Assembly (NCBI GenBank): GCA_002269645.1
Contig: NIVC01000677.1
Coordinates: 124,001 to 188,000 of the forward strand
DNA from: Macrostomum lignano
Lineage: Eukaryota
Direction of reading: 5' to 3'
Length of the DNA: 64,000 nucleotides
The position numbers and the translations under genes were made by a program. This document shows, piece after piece, positions 11,485 through 25,000 of the stretch. How positions within the stretch are numbered: position 1 is the first letter of the stretch; every line of letters starts with the position of its first letter. The notes beneath the pieces are model-generated. The model saw only the letters and a list, made by a program, of their open reading frames with translations. It searched no databases and was not told the DNA's origin.

Positions 11485-11504
11485 ATTCTGGAAATTTCTA
11501 GAAA
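11485..11504. promoter_or_regulatory. Heat-shock element, 4 perfect alternating nGAAn units
   Basis: aTTCt gGAAa tTTCt aGAAa. Confidence 0.9.
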
Positions 11505-13046
11505 TCGAGCCGCCTACCCAAATTTAGACGGCTAAATGTTCATATTTCTACTGCTAGTGAAAAACGTGTACAAAAATATATACTTTATTCTATTTGTAAG
11601 TTTAATGTTTAACCTCCCGATGAAACTAAAATTATCTTTATTTATCTTTCAGATAAATTGTATTATCTTTCAAACATAGCAAGTTTAAACAAAATAGCAA
11701 AAAGTGAAACCATAAGTATAGCCAGCTATAACAATATTTTCGGCTGTTTAAAGCCCTAAAGCTGTTTATTTTCAATAATATCATCATAATTAAACTTAAT
11801 TTGTCTACACATACAATTCAAAGCCTTTAAGTAGCCAAACAGAGCACTACAGACGCACAATTAAAGCATGGGCAGCTTTGCTATTAAGTCACTAAACATG
11901 AATGCTGGTAGCAAGGACTTAAAGTTTACCGTAATCTCACTAGTTAAAAAGCTGGAGCCAGAAGTAAAACTATGTACAAACAAAATGACATCAGCTGCCA
12001 GGAGTTTTGGAATTTTGCGAGCGTTTAGCTTATGTGTTTTTCCATGGATAAATTTATAGGTTCCTCTGAGATGCGGCGATGGGAGCTTAGGGCCCTCCTA
12101 GATCAGGATGCTGAATCCGCATTAGAGATGCGCAGGCAAGTTAATTGTCATTAACAGGCAAAGAGAGGGGTGGGGAGTTATCTAAGCTGAGAATAAATTG
12201 ATAAACGAATAACAGGATGCCAGACGGAACCTATTGCGGGCTGGTATAGTGTACTATGTAGTAATGACCAATGCCGCACAAGCAGACTCAAAAAAGCAGT
12301 AATTGGAATTACGGTTTAAAATAACTTACCAGGTACTGCAGAAGGCGAATTACAATACAAAGACGCCATTAAAGTGATTATTGACGATGCAAACTAAATT
12401 TCTGTTAAGACGCTCGAGAGGGGTTTGCAATTGTCTGACAATTCGATGGGGCTTATTTAAAAAAGCAGTTGGTTAATTACGACAGGAAATTACGTAGTTT
12501 ACTATACAAATAGAAACTGTTAGAAGATGATATATGTTACAGATTGACTGGGCAAAACAGCTCCATGGATGGCAAGCAAAATCCCTATGGCTATGTGAAC
12601 ATTCGAGAAGAAAACAATGAACTTCTAAAACCTGTCACTGTAGCTCTCTAAATACTATCTATATGAGATATATCCAGCATTATAGTCAATTATAGTGCAA
12701 TATCCAAAGGTCAGTAGCCTTTGACGTAGTTATTGGTAACACATCAAAGCTGTTTGAGTTTTACGAAAATGCCCCCCCCCTCAATTTCGCTTGAATTCGG
12801 AATTCTATGAAAACCGATAGAAACGCACAGCAAGCTTGCTAATTGTCTGCATCAGTACTCCGTAAAGCCCATTAACTACTTGTACGATTGCATCCTAAAA
12901 CCAAGAGCTGGCAAAGATTGCTCCAAGATACACTTACTTATGTTAAAGCTTTAAGCTGTTGTTGGTATTTTGCAATTCTAAGAATCTAAAATTTTAAACT
13001 GCGTGAGTCAAGTCAGCCGCATATATTTCGAACTCGGCGCTGCATC

Positions 13047-16000
13047 TTAGGCCTCGGCCACTGTGTAATCCAGAATCTCGCCAGCAGGGTGCTCAATGCT
13101 GTACCGCAGCACCAGCTCCTTGGACTCGCCTGGTGTGTTGGAAGCAACCAGGACGGCAGGGAAATAATACAGTGGAAATATTCTTCGACAAAAGATTGGT
13201 GGAAAGTATAGTATAAGTACCGTCTGAGCATGGTTTAAACTGATTTTCTCACCTTTTTCTAAACCTCTGCTATGGGGGGGGGGGCAACACAAACCCGAGA
13301 AATCTCTACTCCGAAAAGCGCTTCCCTTCATAAACCCGAAATATCATAAACCTCAAAATATCATAACTCCGAAAGTTCTAGCAATGTTCAACACTATTTT
13401 GGTTTTCGGGGTTGTGATTTTTCGGGTTTATGATGGCGATCCCTCTGCTAGTCTTTTATACTGATTCTGTTCACTGTTAGTTCTGTTAGCCAGACACAGA
13501 AACTTTTTCTGGTGCGCTTCGATTTTAAACAAACGTTTAATCAAAATGGTTTTTCAGTTCGTGACTGGAACAAAGGCTTGAATACTCTGTAGAAAGACCC
13601 GAGGTTGGCTAGCCTCAGGAGTATAGCAGATAGCTAAAACTGGGTCTCCATCACCCTAATGAGGAAGGCGTGGAGGAATGCAATGGGCTGAGAAATAGAC
13701 TCGCAGCTGTCCTGGTCACTGCACTGGGCTTTACAAAGAGAGAAGCTCTGGGTGGGAATTCGAGTCGACATGTTGAGAGCCGAGCCAGTAGAGGCCATTC
13801 CGAACCACTTAAGTGTTACTCGGTTTGGTCTGGCACTGTAACTATGTAGCTTGTAGAAGATAGGGGGGAATACTTTGCTAGAAGCCTTTGGCAGAGCAAT
13901 GTTGATGCTGATTTCATTAAGCTACGCTCGGGTTTTATACTCAGAAATCCCATACATATGAGCATAGGTTTATGAATGTACTTTTGCCGCTAAAGAGTGA
14001 ACTGTTGGATATTCTAATCCAGGTTTTGGAAGGCTTCCAACCGGAAGGCGCTAAATTCCATCGAATCTATCAAATCGAGCTTACCAGCTTCAAGGTCGAC
14101 GTCCCACTCGACATTGTTGGCCTTGTTGACGCGGATTGGTTTCTGCCTGTCGTACTTTTCCGGATGCTTCACCTGCGGCTCAATCAGGCTCACCTGGGTT
14201 TGAAGAAATAGCCATAGTTTAGTAAGTTAGATCGCTCACCCGGGTTTTGTACTGCTAATCCAGACAACAGCCGACCCGCAGCTAGCGAGGAGGCAAGCAA
14301 TCGAGCTCATTCCGCTGAGATGTACGCAGGCACATGCTCACGCGCTCAGGCAAGTACGCACTTTGCGCCTTGGCATTGGCCTTCATAGGCGTGAATCGCG
14401 GATTTCCGTGCACGAGCCGATAGACAAATTAACATGGTCGTTCGACGAATCGCACCCATGCAGAGACTTTGACAGATTCAGACGCGTCACCGCTCCAGCA
14501 CTCACTAATTAACCAAGCACCACCCTTAAAACGCTCACCTTGATCTTGTCTTCAACAGACAGTGGATAGGATTCCATCACTAGCACCCGGAGTGCCTTCT
14601 GATGATTGTTCTTGACCTCGATGACCTGCCGGTGTAGAAAGCTGACGGTTTTGGACTGGCCAGTGTCGCGCTTCTTGAACATTGGCTTGTAATTGATCTT
14701 GATGCCGTGGTCGGCGCCAAGCGGACAGCTGAACTCCTCTAAGGGTGCGGCCGCCTTCAGCTCAGACTGTGTTGGAAGCGGAGATAGGGATGTTACGAAT
14801 CAACTGTATTCATTAGACTGTAGTTTGGAACTGTAGCTAGGAGCTGGGAACTGTAGCTAGGAGCTGGAACTTTACCTTGGAGATGAAGTTGTTATCCACG
14901 TAGATATTGGCCGGGCCAGCCAGCAGTGCGTACGCCGAAGTGTTGGTCACGTTGGCCTTCAAGTAGGCGAACGGAGCTCGCCGCGGCACCGATTCGTAGC
15001 TGAAGGTAGGGCTCAGATCAATGATGGCGATGGTCACCTTGTGCTGCTCGCCATCGGATGGGATGGTAAACAGGCGCGGCACTTCGAACTGTGTGCTCTG
15101 GACGTTCAGCGACGAACAAAGCGTCTCCATGAGGCGGATCTGGGTGCCCTGAATTAGTTAGTCAATTATGAGAGGGTTTTTTAGTGCGATAGCCTCGCGT
15201 ATTGAAGTATGGAGTGTGCGAACCCAAAGTTTCCTACAGAAAGTTTCTGTACAAGTTACCCTTGGATTCGGATTAGTTACCCTTAGATTCGGACGAGTTA
15301 ACCTTTGGATTCGGACGAGTTAACCTTTGGATTCGGACGAGTTAACCTTTGGATTCGGACGAGTTACCCTTGAATTCGGATTAGTTACCCTTGGATTCGG
15401 ATTAGTTACCCTTGGATTCGGACGAGTTACCCTTGAATTCGGATTAGTTACCCTTGAATTCGGATTAGTTACCCTTGAATTCGGATTAGTTACCCTTGGA
15501 TTCGGATTATATAGTTACCCTTGGATTCGGATTAGTTACCCTTGAATTCGGATTAGTTACCCTTGAATTCGGATTAGTTACCCTTGAATTCGGATTAGTT
15601 ACCCTTGAATTCGGATTAGTTACCCTTGGATTCGGATTAGTTACCCTTGGATTCGGATTATATAGTTACCCTTGGATTCGGACGAGTTACCCTTGAATTC
15701 GGATTAGTTACCCTTGAATTCGGATTAGTTACCCTTGAATTCGGATTAGTTACCCTTGAATTCGGATTAGTTACCCTTGAATTCGGATTAGTTACCCTTG
15801 AATTCGGATTAGTTACCCTTGGATTCGGATTAGTTACCCTTGGATTCGGATTATATAGTTACCCTTGGATTCGGACGAGTTACCCTTGAATTCGGATTAG
15901 TTACCCTTGAATTCGGATTAGTTACCCTTGAATTCGGATTAGTTACCCTTGAATTCGGATTAGTTACCCTTGGATTCGGATTATATAGTTACCCTTGGAT

Positions 16001-19000
16001 TCGGACGAGTTACCCTTGAATTCGGATTAGTTACCCTTGAATTCGGATTAGTTACCCTTGAATTCGGATTAGTTACCCTTGAATTCGGATTAGTTACCCT
16101 TGAATTCGGATTAGTTACCCTTGAATTCGGATTAGTTACCCTTGGATTCGGATTATATAGTTACCCTTGGATTCGGATTAGTTACCCTTGGATTCGGATT
16201 ATATAGTTACCCTTGGATTCGGACGAGTTACCCTTGAATTCGGATTAGTTACCCTTGAATTCGGATTAGTTACCCTTGGATTCGGATTAGTTACCCTTGG
16301 GTTCGGACGAGTTTCAATTTGGTTTCACGTTGTTTCACCCGTTTTGGGGATGTTGGGATATATTTAGATAGGCTTTATCATGATTTTTATTTTCCTGAAT
16401 TCAGGATCATTGTTCATGAGTTTCTACAATTTCTCTTCAAATCGAAATCTTCAGGAAGAAAACAAACAAACTTTCTGGCGTATATTTTAATAAAGCCGAA
16501 AGTTTTGTTACTCGAAAAACTGCCATTATGCTACTTTCCAGTAGTATTCGGTCTTTATTTTCGGTACAGCCCCTGGTAATACTAGAATTTGCTCGAAGCA
16601 GCAAAAAAGTGTCAGGATTAAGTGCCTGTTGTGTGAGCGAGTGAGCAAGTCCTAATCCGTTAGGGCTTGGAGTAAACCCCGTTGACTCAGCGTAGCTCCC
16701 TCACGTGACTCACCCCCTGTTCTGCCTCTGTCTAGCGCTCTCCCGGGCAAGCCCAGCTCAGGCCCTAGCGACAATGCAAAAAAAGCAAAGCCAAAGCCGC
16801 ATCCCTGTAAACTGGGAAGCCTCCCAGCCTCCTTCCTATCTCTTTGCCTGGGTCTCCTCCCCACTGCCTTTCTTCTCTTGGCCCCCTCCCATTCCTCCTT
16901 GCTGTGTTTTTCTTCCTCCCATCGCTCGCGCGCGGGGCGCGGAGCGGAGGAAATTGGGGGAAGGCGGCGGGGGGAGGGTTGCGGTCGGGCAAGCAACTCC
17001 GCGGCGATGCGTTTTTTACGAGATGAAGAAGAGGAGAGGCTGGGCCTGGGAGAGAGATAGGATTTGCAGGGCTGGGGAACAGTGCTGGGGATCTGAGTCA
17101 CGATTGCTGAGCAGTCCAGGCAGTAGAGGGAGGGGAATTGAAAGAAGCTCCGTCTTCTCCTTCTTTTTCCGCTCCGTCTTCCTAGTCGTCATCCGCTTTT
17201 ATCTTCTTGGCTATCGCCTGTTCTCTGATTGCATTTTCTGCCGAGCCGCTCCCAGGGCAAGAGAGAATAAAGAAGGCGACCCCCCTGAAGCCCTCTGGCG
17301 CGCCCGACTCTTCGATCTTGAGGGAGCAGTTTTGACTTTTTTACTTGAGCAGCGAGCCCGACTCTTTTTACTTCGAAGCTTCGAGGGCGATTAGATGGAG
17401 AGAGAGAGAGAGAGAGAGAGAAATGAGGGGCGGGACAGAAAGATGGAGAGTTGAGATGCTGAGGCTGGATGAGGCCTGGGTGAAAGCTTTGTTTAGGTTT
17501 GAGCTTATTCGACCCCCCCACCCAACCCAATCGCCGTCCCAAATCCCACAGGCCTAATCGCGGATAACGGTTGCCAAGAGGTTTCCGGTTGCTGGGATCG
17601 AATCGGGGATTTGGATGAGGAAGTGACTGAGAGCGGCAGCGCTGAGATGGAGAAATCTGGCGCCAGTCCCACAGGGTGAGCCTGCTCAAGCGTGAGACAG
17701 ACGTCACGTGCTGCGGCGGGATGGTTCGAATTTTCTGAGCATTGTCCCGAATCGAGCATGCAGCATGCAGCTCGGAGCAGCAAGGTCTCTGAACCGGCGC
17801 AAAGTCTCAGAATTCGCTGTTGGGTTGGTCGGATTATATCTCGGCTCGTTCCTTGCTGCTCAAGTGAGCACATCATAAAAGAGTCAATCTTTAAAGAGAG
17901 CTCATATATCCTCTATTTTGTGACTCCTAAAACTCAGTTAGGACAAAATGGATAACGAATAGTTTAGGCGTTATAGAACTTATTGTCTGTGAAGTTTAGG
18001 ATTTGTGAAGTTTAGGATTTGTGAAGTTTAGGATTTGTGAAGTTTAGGGTCTGTGAAGTTTGGGGTCTATGAAGTTTGGGGTGTGTGAAGTTTAGGGTCT
18101 TGAAGTTTGGGGTGTGTGAAGTTTAGGGTTTGTGAAGTTTAGGGTCTATGAAGTTTGGGGTGTGTGAAGTTTAGGGTCTTGAAGTTTGGGGTGTGTTAAG
18201 TTTAGGGTTTGTGAAGTTTAGGGTCTGTGAAGTTTGGGGTGTGTGAAGTTTAGGGTCTGTGAAGTTTAGGGTTTGTGAAGTTTAGGGTCTGTGAAGTTTA
18301 GCATTTGTGAAGTTTAAGGTTTGTGAAGTTTAGGGTTTGTGAGGTTTAGGGTTTTTTTTTAGAGGCAGGGGGGTTGTGTGCACCCTGGCGCACTTTAAGC
18401 GATATTGGCACACAACCGGCGAGAGGCATTACTGCCCATTCCGCCGACTCCCCTGAGCAGGCATACAAGCGCGCGGATACGTACGCAGGCACACACTCAC
18501 ACAGGAGTGTACAGCGGCCCTAACTTTATTTTATCGTTAGGCATGTACACTTTACTGCGCCTTGGGGGGTTGGCTCTCAAGGCCGTTAATTGCACGAGCA
18601 GAGCCAAGCCGAGATTCCAAATCAGCCCCAAATTAATGTGACTGCACTTGGAATCGAGCCTGGGTCGCTGGCACACCAGAGCAGCTGCGCTACCGCTGGG
18701 CTACGGCCCCCCTCTGAGGTTTAGGGTTTGTGAAGTTTAGGGTTTGTGAGGTTTAGGGTTTGTGAAGTTTAGGGTTTGTGAAGTTTAGGGTTTGTGAAGT
18801 TTAGGGTCTGTGAAGTTTGGGGTTTGTGAAGTTTAGTGTCTGTGAAAGCGCCCTTCACCTCCTGTTGCCCGTTGGTGACAGCGGAGCCTGACGCAGCTGC
18901 GGCGGCTGCGGCAGCCGCGGCTGACGAGCTGGCTCCGTGCATCGGGGTGCCTTCGATCGGCGTCCTGCCGGCATCCTCGCCCGCCGCTGTCATCGCCGCT

Positions 19001-22000
19001 TCGTCCGAGGAGGCCGCGGCGCCGCCACCGCCGCCCGCGCCTCCGTCGGGATCGGCCGACGACATCCTGGCCAGATTGCTGGCCACCTTGTCGTTGGCGT
19101 GGAAGCTGAGCGCCTTGACAACCCGGCTGGATTTGCGCGCCTTGGTTGCGGTTTTCCTCAGCGTCACGGTTGGCTCGCTGCGGGAAAAGTGAAACCAATT
19201 GCACTGAGTTAATTAAGCAGTGAAATCCATAGATCGAGGAGGCAAACAGTCATGTGAATTCCTCTGGTCCCTGAATTCGTACATGCACACGCTCACACAG
19301 GGTGTACACAAGGACTACTAGGAACACTTCGTTGTAGTCTAGTCTAGTCTAGTAGTCCTTGGGTGCATATTGAATGAGTCCGCGCAGAGAATCGAACGTG
19401 GGTTGCTTGGGCGCGAAATTCTACCCATCCTTTAGGGCCTTCGCCCTCTTCTCAGGCTGTCCGATGAATGCTGTAGTGTGACCTTCTTTACCCCCCAAGC
19501 CTGGAAGGCATCAGATGCATGCAGCTGGAGCTCCTCCATCTCCAATTTACTCGCCAGCTAAGTAATGACTTTTCAGGCTAAGCTGTCACAAAAAATCCCA
19601 TGCCCGGAGGCGGCGGCGGCGGCGGCGGCGGCAATTTGAAATGCGATTTTTCAGGAAAGCCAGTCCCGACCCGCATCGCCTGAGCCGGACGCGAGCCTTT
19701 AAGCAGCGGGGCCAGTAGGGTAGATTAGAATTGCAAGAGTCTTCTTACGCGCCAGAAGCAAGAGAGTCGCAACAGCAAAGCAAGAAAATATGATGAGCGA
19801 GTCTGATGAGGGCGAATTTCAAGCAGGAATGACTCACCAGCTCGCCCTGCCTCGATTCGGCCTTCCCTACTACAATATACCCCTTGGGGGAGACTTTGCC
19901 TTCTTTTATCTTCCCAGTTGCCTTCATCAGTTTTTGTCCGTCTCCCTACTAGCTAGCTGAAGTTTGTTGCGCCCTGTTGCCCCGGGTCCATCCCGCCCGG
20001 GCCAATTTGCTCATAATTAATGCTATTGATCACCTGGGGCCACGAAGTCTGCATGCAACCCTATACTCAAATTAATGTTTCCCCGGGGAGGGAATGCTCG
20101 CCTTTAGTCTCTTTGACCAGTCCACGGATGCTGTTGCGATGCCTCCTGTGAGGCTCAAGAAAAACTATACAAGTTGAGAGAGCCAAGATCCGAGTGCTAA
20201 AAATATTCTCTAACAATGACACGGGCTTGAAGCAGTTGCATGCACTCACACTTTGCCAGCCTTAAAATGCGCCCTGTGGACTCCAAGCGCCGGAGCTGTG
20301 CCGCCAACTCCCGGCTGGCTTGTAGACAGGGACAGCTGCGAGTTCACCCAGTCCTCGCCTGTGCTCTGCTGCACGAGGCCGTAGTAGATGATCTGCGGGA
20401 TTAGAGGCGTCCGAATCCACTCCTTGGCCATGGTCTGAACTGTCAATAACTTAATCTGTCTATGATCTTAACTATCTATGACTTAAAATTTTTATGACTT
20501 AAACTTTCTATGACCTAAGCTGTCTATGACCTAAGCTGTCTATGACCTAAGCTGTCTATGACCTAAGCAATCTAAGACCTACCCAAACTGTCTATGACTT
20601 AAACTGTCTTTGACCTAAACTGTCTATGACCTGAGATTTCTATGACTTAAATTTTCTTTGACCTAAGCTGTCTATGACCTAAACTATCTAAGACCTGCCC
20701 AAACTGTCTATGACCTAAGTTGTCATTGACCTAAACTATGTCATGAGATTTCTTTGACTTAAGTTTTCTATGACCTAAACTGTCTATGACTTAAACTGTC
20801 TATGACCTGAGATTGCTATGACCTAAATTTTCGGTGACCTTCTATGACCTTCTATGACCTTCTATGACCTTCTAGCAGTCTATGATCTAAACTGTCTATG
20901 ACCTGAGATTTCTATGACTTAAAATTTCTATGACCTAGGGTGTCTATGACCTTCTCCCTCGAAAACTATCAATGACCAAAATTGTCAATGACAAATAGTA
21001 GTCAAGTGAATAACTTCCTCGGTAATGCTTAGAAATTCATTCAACTATTTACAATGCACTAACTCGATCTGGATGCAAATTTCTGCATAGCATTATAACA
21101 AACTACATTAGGCATTGGAGACTAAATTTGATTTACATTTCAGCCGGGAATTCGTACAAAAACTTTTTAGGCGGAAAAAATTCAAGAGCCAAGGCGCACT
21201 GCGGGCACACCGAAGCCCAATTAAAATCAGCTTTCACTCCAAACTCCATCGAAATGAGTGAGTAAGCTTCTCTCGCTGTGATGAAGCAGAACCTTTTCCC
21301 ATTATCGTCGTAGCGCTTTGGCCACACAAGTGAACTGGAAGTGCGGGGGACTTAAGCCAGCCTTCGGCAGTACCGTATAGTCCAGCCTTTCCGCCCCATT
21401 CTACTAGATGCAGCCCCAGCAGCGCATATTGGGATTGAAAGTTTACAGTAGAATGCCTTAAACTGCAGAGACTATATTATTCCGTCACGGCCCTCTGCAG
21501 TAGCTTGGTACAGTAGTGACTCATGGTTAAGGCATGACAGGCAAGCCGTTCTCTGTTTATACGCCAATACTTTCTTTTCCTTGGCATGGACCCCTCCCCT
21601 CTGTACCTCCTTCTGTCCTCCTTTCAGATCCTTACTTAGCAGAAATGCTTTCTTATAGTGGAGTGGAAATCAAATTAAGAGACCTCCAATATACTTAATA
21701 CAGTGTATAGTGTATAGTATATACTTTCTCTATCCACTCAATCTTTCACTAATTAAGTCGACAGTTCTCGACGAATGCCATGGAGTGTACAACAAGGGCT
21801 TGAGCCTGGGGTCCGCGAACTCCGGCCCTCGAAGCCTCTCTATCCGGCCCTCGGATCCTTTGAAGTTTGAAACTTCACAACAGCAGTCCGGGTTTGTGTC
21901 TCTTCTCATCTCTATTCTCTCCCCTCATCTCTATTCTCTCCCCTCATCTCTCTTCTCTCCCGTCATCTCTCTTCTCTCCCTCATCTCCCTTCTCTCCCTT

Positions 22001-25000
22001 CATCTCTCTTCTCTTCCCTCATCTCTCTTCTCTTCCCTCATCTCTCATCTCTCCCCTCATCTCTCTTTTCTTTCCTCATCTCCCTTCTCTTCCCTCATCT
22101 CTCTTCTCTTGCCTCATCTCTCTTCTCTCCTCTCATCTCCCTTCTCTTGCCTCATCTCTCTTCTTTCATCGCTCATCTGACCTCTCCTCTCATCTCCTCT
22201 CTCGCCTCACTTCTCTGTTCTCTCATGAGCAGCCATGAGCTGGATACTTAATCTGGCACTCGAGGTGAAACAGGTTTGCCAACCCCTGGCTTAAGGGAAT
22301 CTGATCGATTTTAACCTACAGTGGACAGATGGATAGCGAGCCTCACCTTCATGGCGGACTCGTTGCTGAACACTCGGACGTCGTATTTCGGCGACCATTT
22401 GGCCCGGCTGACCACGTAGGACAGATAGAGCTCCAGCTGCGTGGTCTCCTGGCACTCCAGTACGATGGAGATTTCGCTAAAAATTTTATACAGTTTTTTA
22501 GTGGTATTGGATTTTGGCTTGCAATTTTGTTAAAATTCAATTAGACTTCATTTTGCGGAGAGAGCGAGGCCTGTATGTAGGTCCACTCGGAGGCCACTTC
22601 ACTGAACCAAGTGGCTCTCAGGCATTTCGGTATGTTGGCTACTTTCTTGCAATATAGCGCCTCTCTGATACCATAGGTGCCTCTCTGACACCATAGGTGC
22701 CTTTCTGACCCCATAGACGCCTTTCAAACACCATGAGCGCCTCTCTGACACCATGGGAACCTCTCTGATACCATGGGAACCTCTCTGACACCATGGGAAC
22801 CTCTCTGACACCATGGAAACCTCTCTGACACCATGGGAACCTCTCTGATACCATGGGAACCTCTCTGACACCATGGGAACCTCTCTGACACCATGGAAAC
22901 CTCTCTGACACCATGGGAACCTCTCTGACACCATGGGAACCTCTCTGACACCATGGGAACCTCTCTGACACCATGGAAACCTCTCTGACACCATGGGAAC
23001 CTCTCTGACACCATGGGAACCTCTCTGACACCATGGAAACCTCTCTGACACCATGGGAACCTCTCTGACACCATGGGAACCTCTCTGATACCATGGGCAC
23101 CTCTCTGACACCATGGGAACCTCTCTGACACCATGGAAACCTCTCTGACACCATGGGAACCTCTCTGACACCATGGTAACCTCTCTGACACCATGGTAAC
23201 CTCTCTGACACCATGGTAACCTCTCTGACACCATGGTAACCTCTCTGACACCATGGAAACCTCTCTGACGCTATTAGCGCCCCTCTCTGACGATATGCAT
23301 GGTTGTCTCTCTAACATCACGATGCCTTTCTAACACCATATATCTATCGCCATAACGCCCCGCTCCCACCAAGACCCCCGTCAGTCATTTACCCCCTAAG
23401 CGTCTCCCGATTAGGATCGTTCAGGCTTGGTCAGTTTTGGCGCAGCCACAGGGAAACCGCTGACACCCAGCACTGGAGAAACACTTCCTGGACACGCGCG
23501 GTAGTTTGCTCGCTCTGTCTCTCTGACCTCAGAGTTCAGGCACTTCAATTCGCGACTGTCCCCTCCCATCCTTCCAATTTCCACCCTCCCGAAACGCATT
23601 CCCCAGCATCCGGGACCCAGTTTCCGGAATTGGTTTCCCCTTTTCCACCCTTCCCCAACGGTTTGGCTTTTTAAAAACACCCTGCAGATCCGGGCTTTCG
23701 CTTCAACGCACAAAAATGCCGAGGCGTCAATTGAGCTTGTTAAATGAAAACGACTGCACTCCGGGGTGGATGTCCTACTCTGACTCAGCAGCCACGCCAC
23801 TAAACACTGAGCAACTTGGGACGATTTTAAGTTGTTCCAGTTGCTTTTGACTACGGTTGTAAAATACTGATTGAAATTCTCTAAGGGAGGCTTCATAGAC
23901 CTTTTTGAAAGCAAGATTTGGACACCTCAAAGCTGCAATACCTGTCACCGATTGCACACCTCTAAGGATCTAAAACTACAATACCTGGTACCAATTGCAC
24001 ACCTCTAAGAATCTCAAGCTACGACACCTGGTACCGATTGCACACCTCTAAGAATCTCAAGCTACGATACCTGGTACCGATTGCACACCTCAAAGCTACG
24101 ATACCTGGTACCGATTGCACACCTCAAAGCTACAATACCTGGCTCCGATTGCACACCTCTAAGAATCTCAAGCTACGATACCTGGTACCGATTGCACACC
24201 TCAAAGCTACGATACCTGGTACCGATTGCACACCTCAAAGCTACAATACCTGGTACCGATTGCACACCTCTAAGAATCTCAAGCTACGATACCTGGTACC
24301 GATTGCACACCTCAAAGCTACGATACCTGGTACCGATTGCACACCTCAAAGCTACAATACCTGGCACCGATTGCACACCTCTAAGAATCTCAAGCTACGA
24401 TACCTGGTACCGATTGCACACCTCAAAGCTACGATACCTGGTACCGATTGCACACCTAAAAGCTACAATACCTGGCACCGATTGCACACCTCTAAGAATC
24501 TCAAGCTACGATACCTGGTACCGATTGCACACCTCAAAGCTACGATACCTGGTACCGATTGCACACTTCAAAGCTACAATACCTGGTACCGATTGCACAC
24601 CTCTAAGAATCTCAAGCTACGATACCTGGTACCGATTGCACACCTCAAAGCTACGATACCTGGTACCGATTGCACACCTCAAAGCTACAATACCTGGCAC
24701 CGATTGCACACCTCTAAGAATCTCAAGCTACGATACCTGGTACCGATTGCACACCTCAAAGCTACGATACCTGGTACCGATTGCACACCTCAAAGCTACA
24801 ATACCTGGCACCGATTGCACACCTCTAAGAATCTCAAGCTACGATACCTGGTACCGATTGCACACCTCAAAGCTACGATACCTGGTACCGATTGCACACC
24901 TCAAAGCTACAATACCTGGCACCGATTGCACACCTCTAAGAATCTCAAGCTACAATACCTGGCACCGATTGCACACCTCTAAGAATCTCAAGCTACGATA

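Noticed and set aside
17990-18845. TTTAGGG motifs suggesting plant-type telomeric repeats
   Set aside because: The motif is only part of a 16-bp minisatellite unit and never occurs as tandem 7-mers.
19745-19927. Short ORF inside DUF4139 intron 5 as a possible extra exon
   Set aside because: Exons 5 and 6 already join in phase, and the peptide shows no family similarity.
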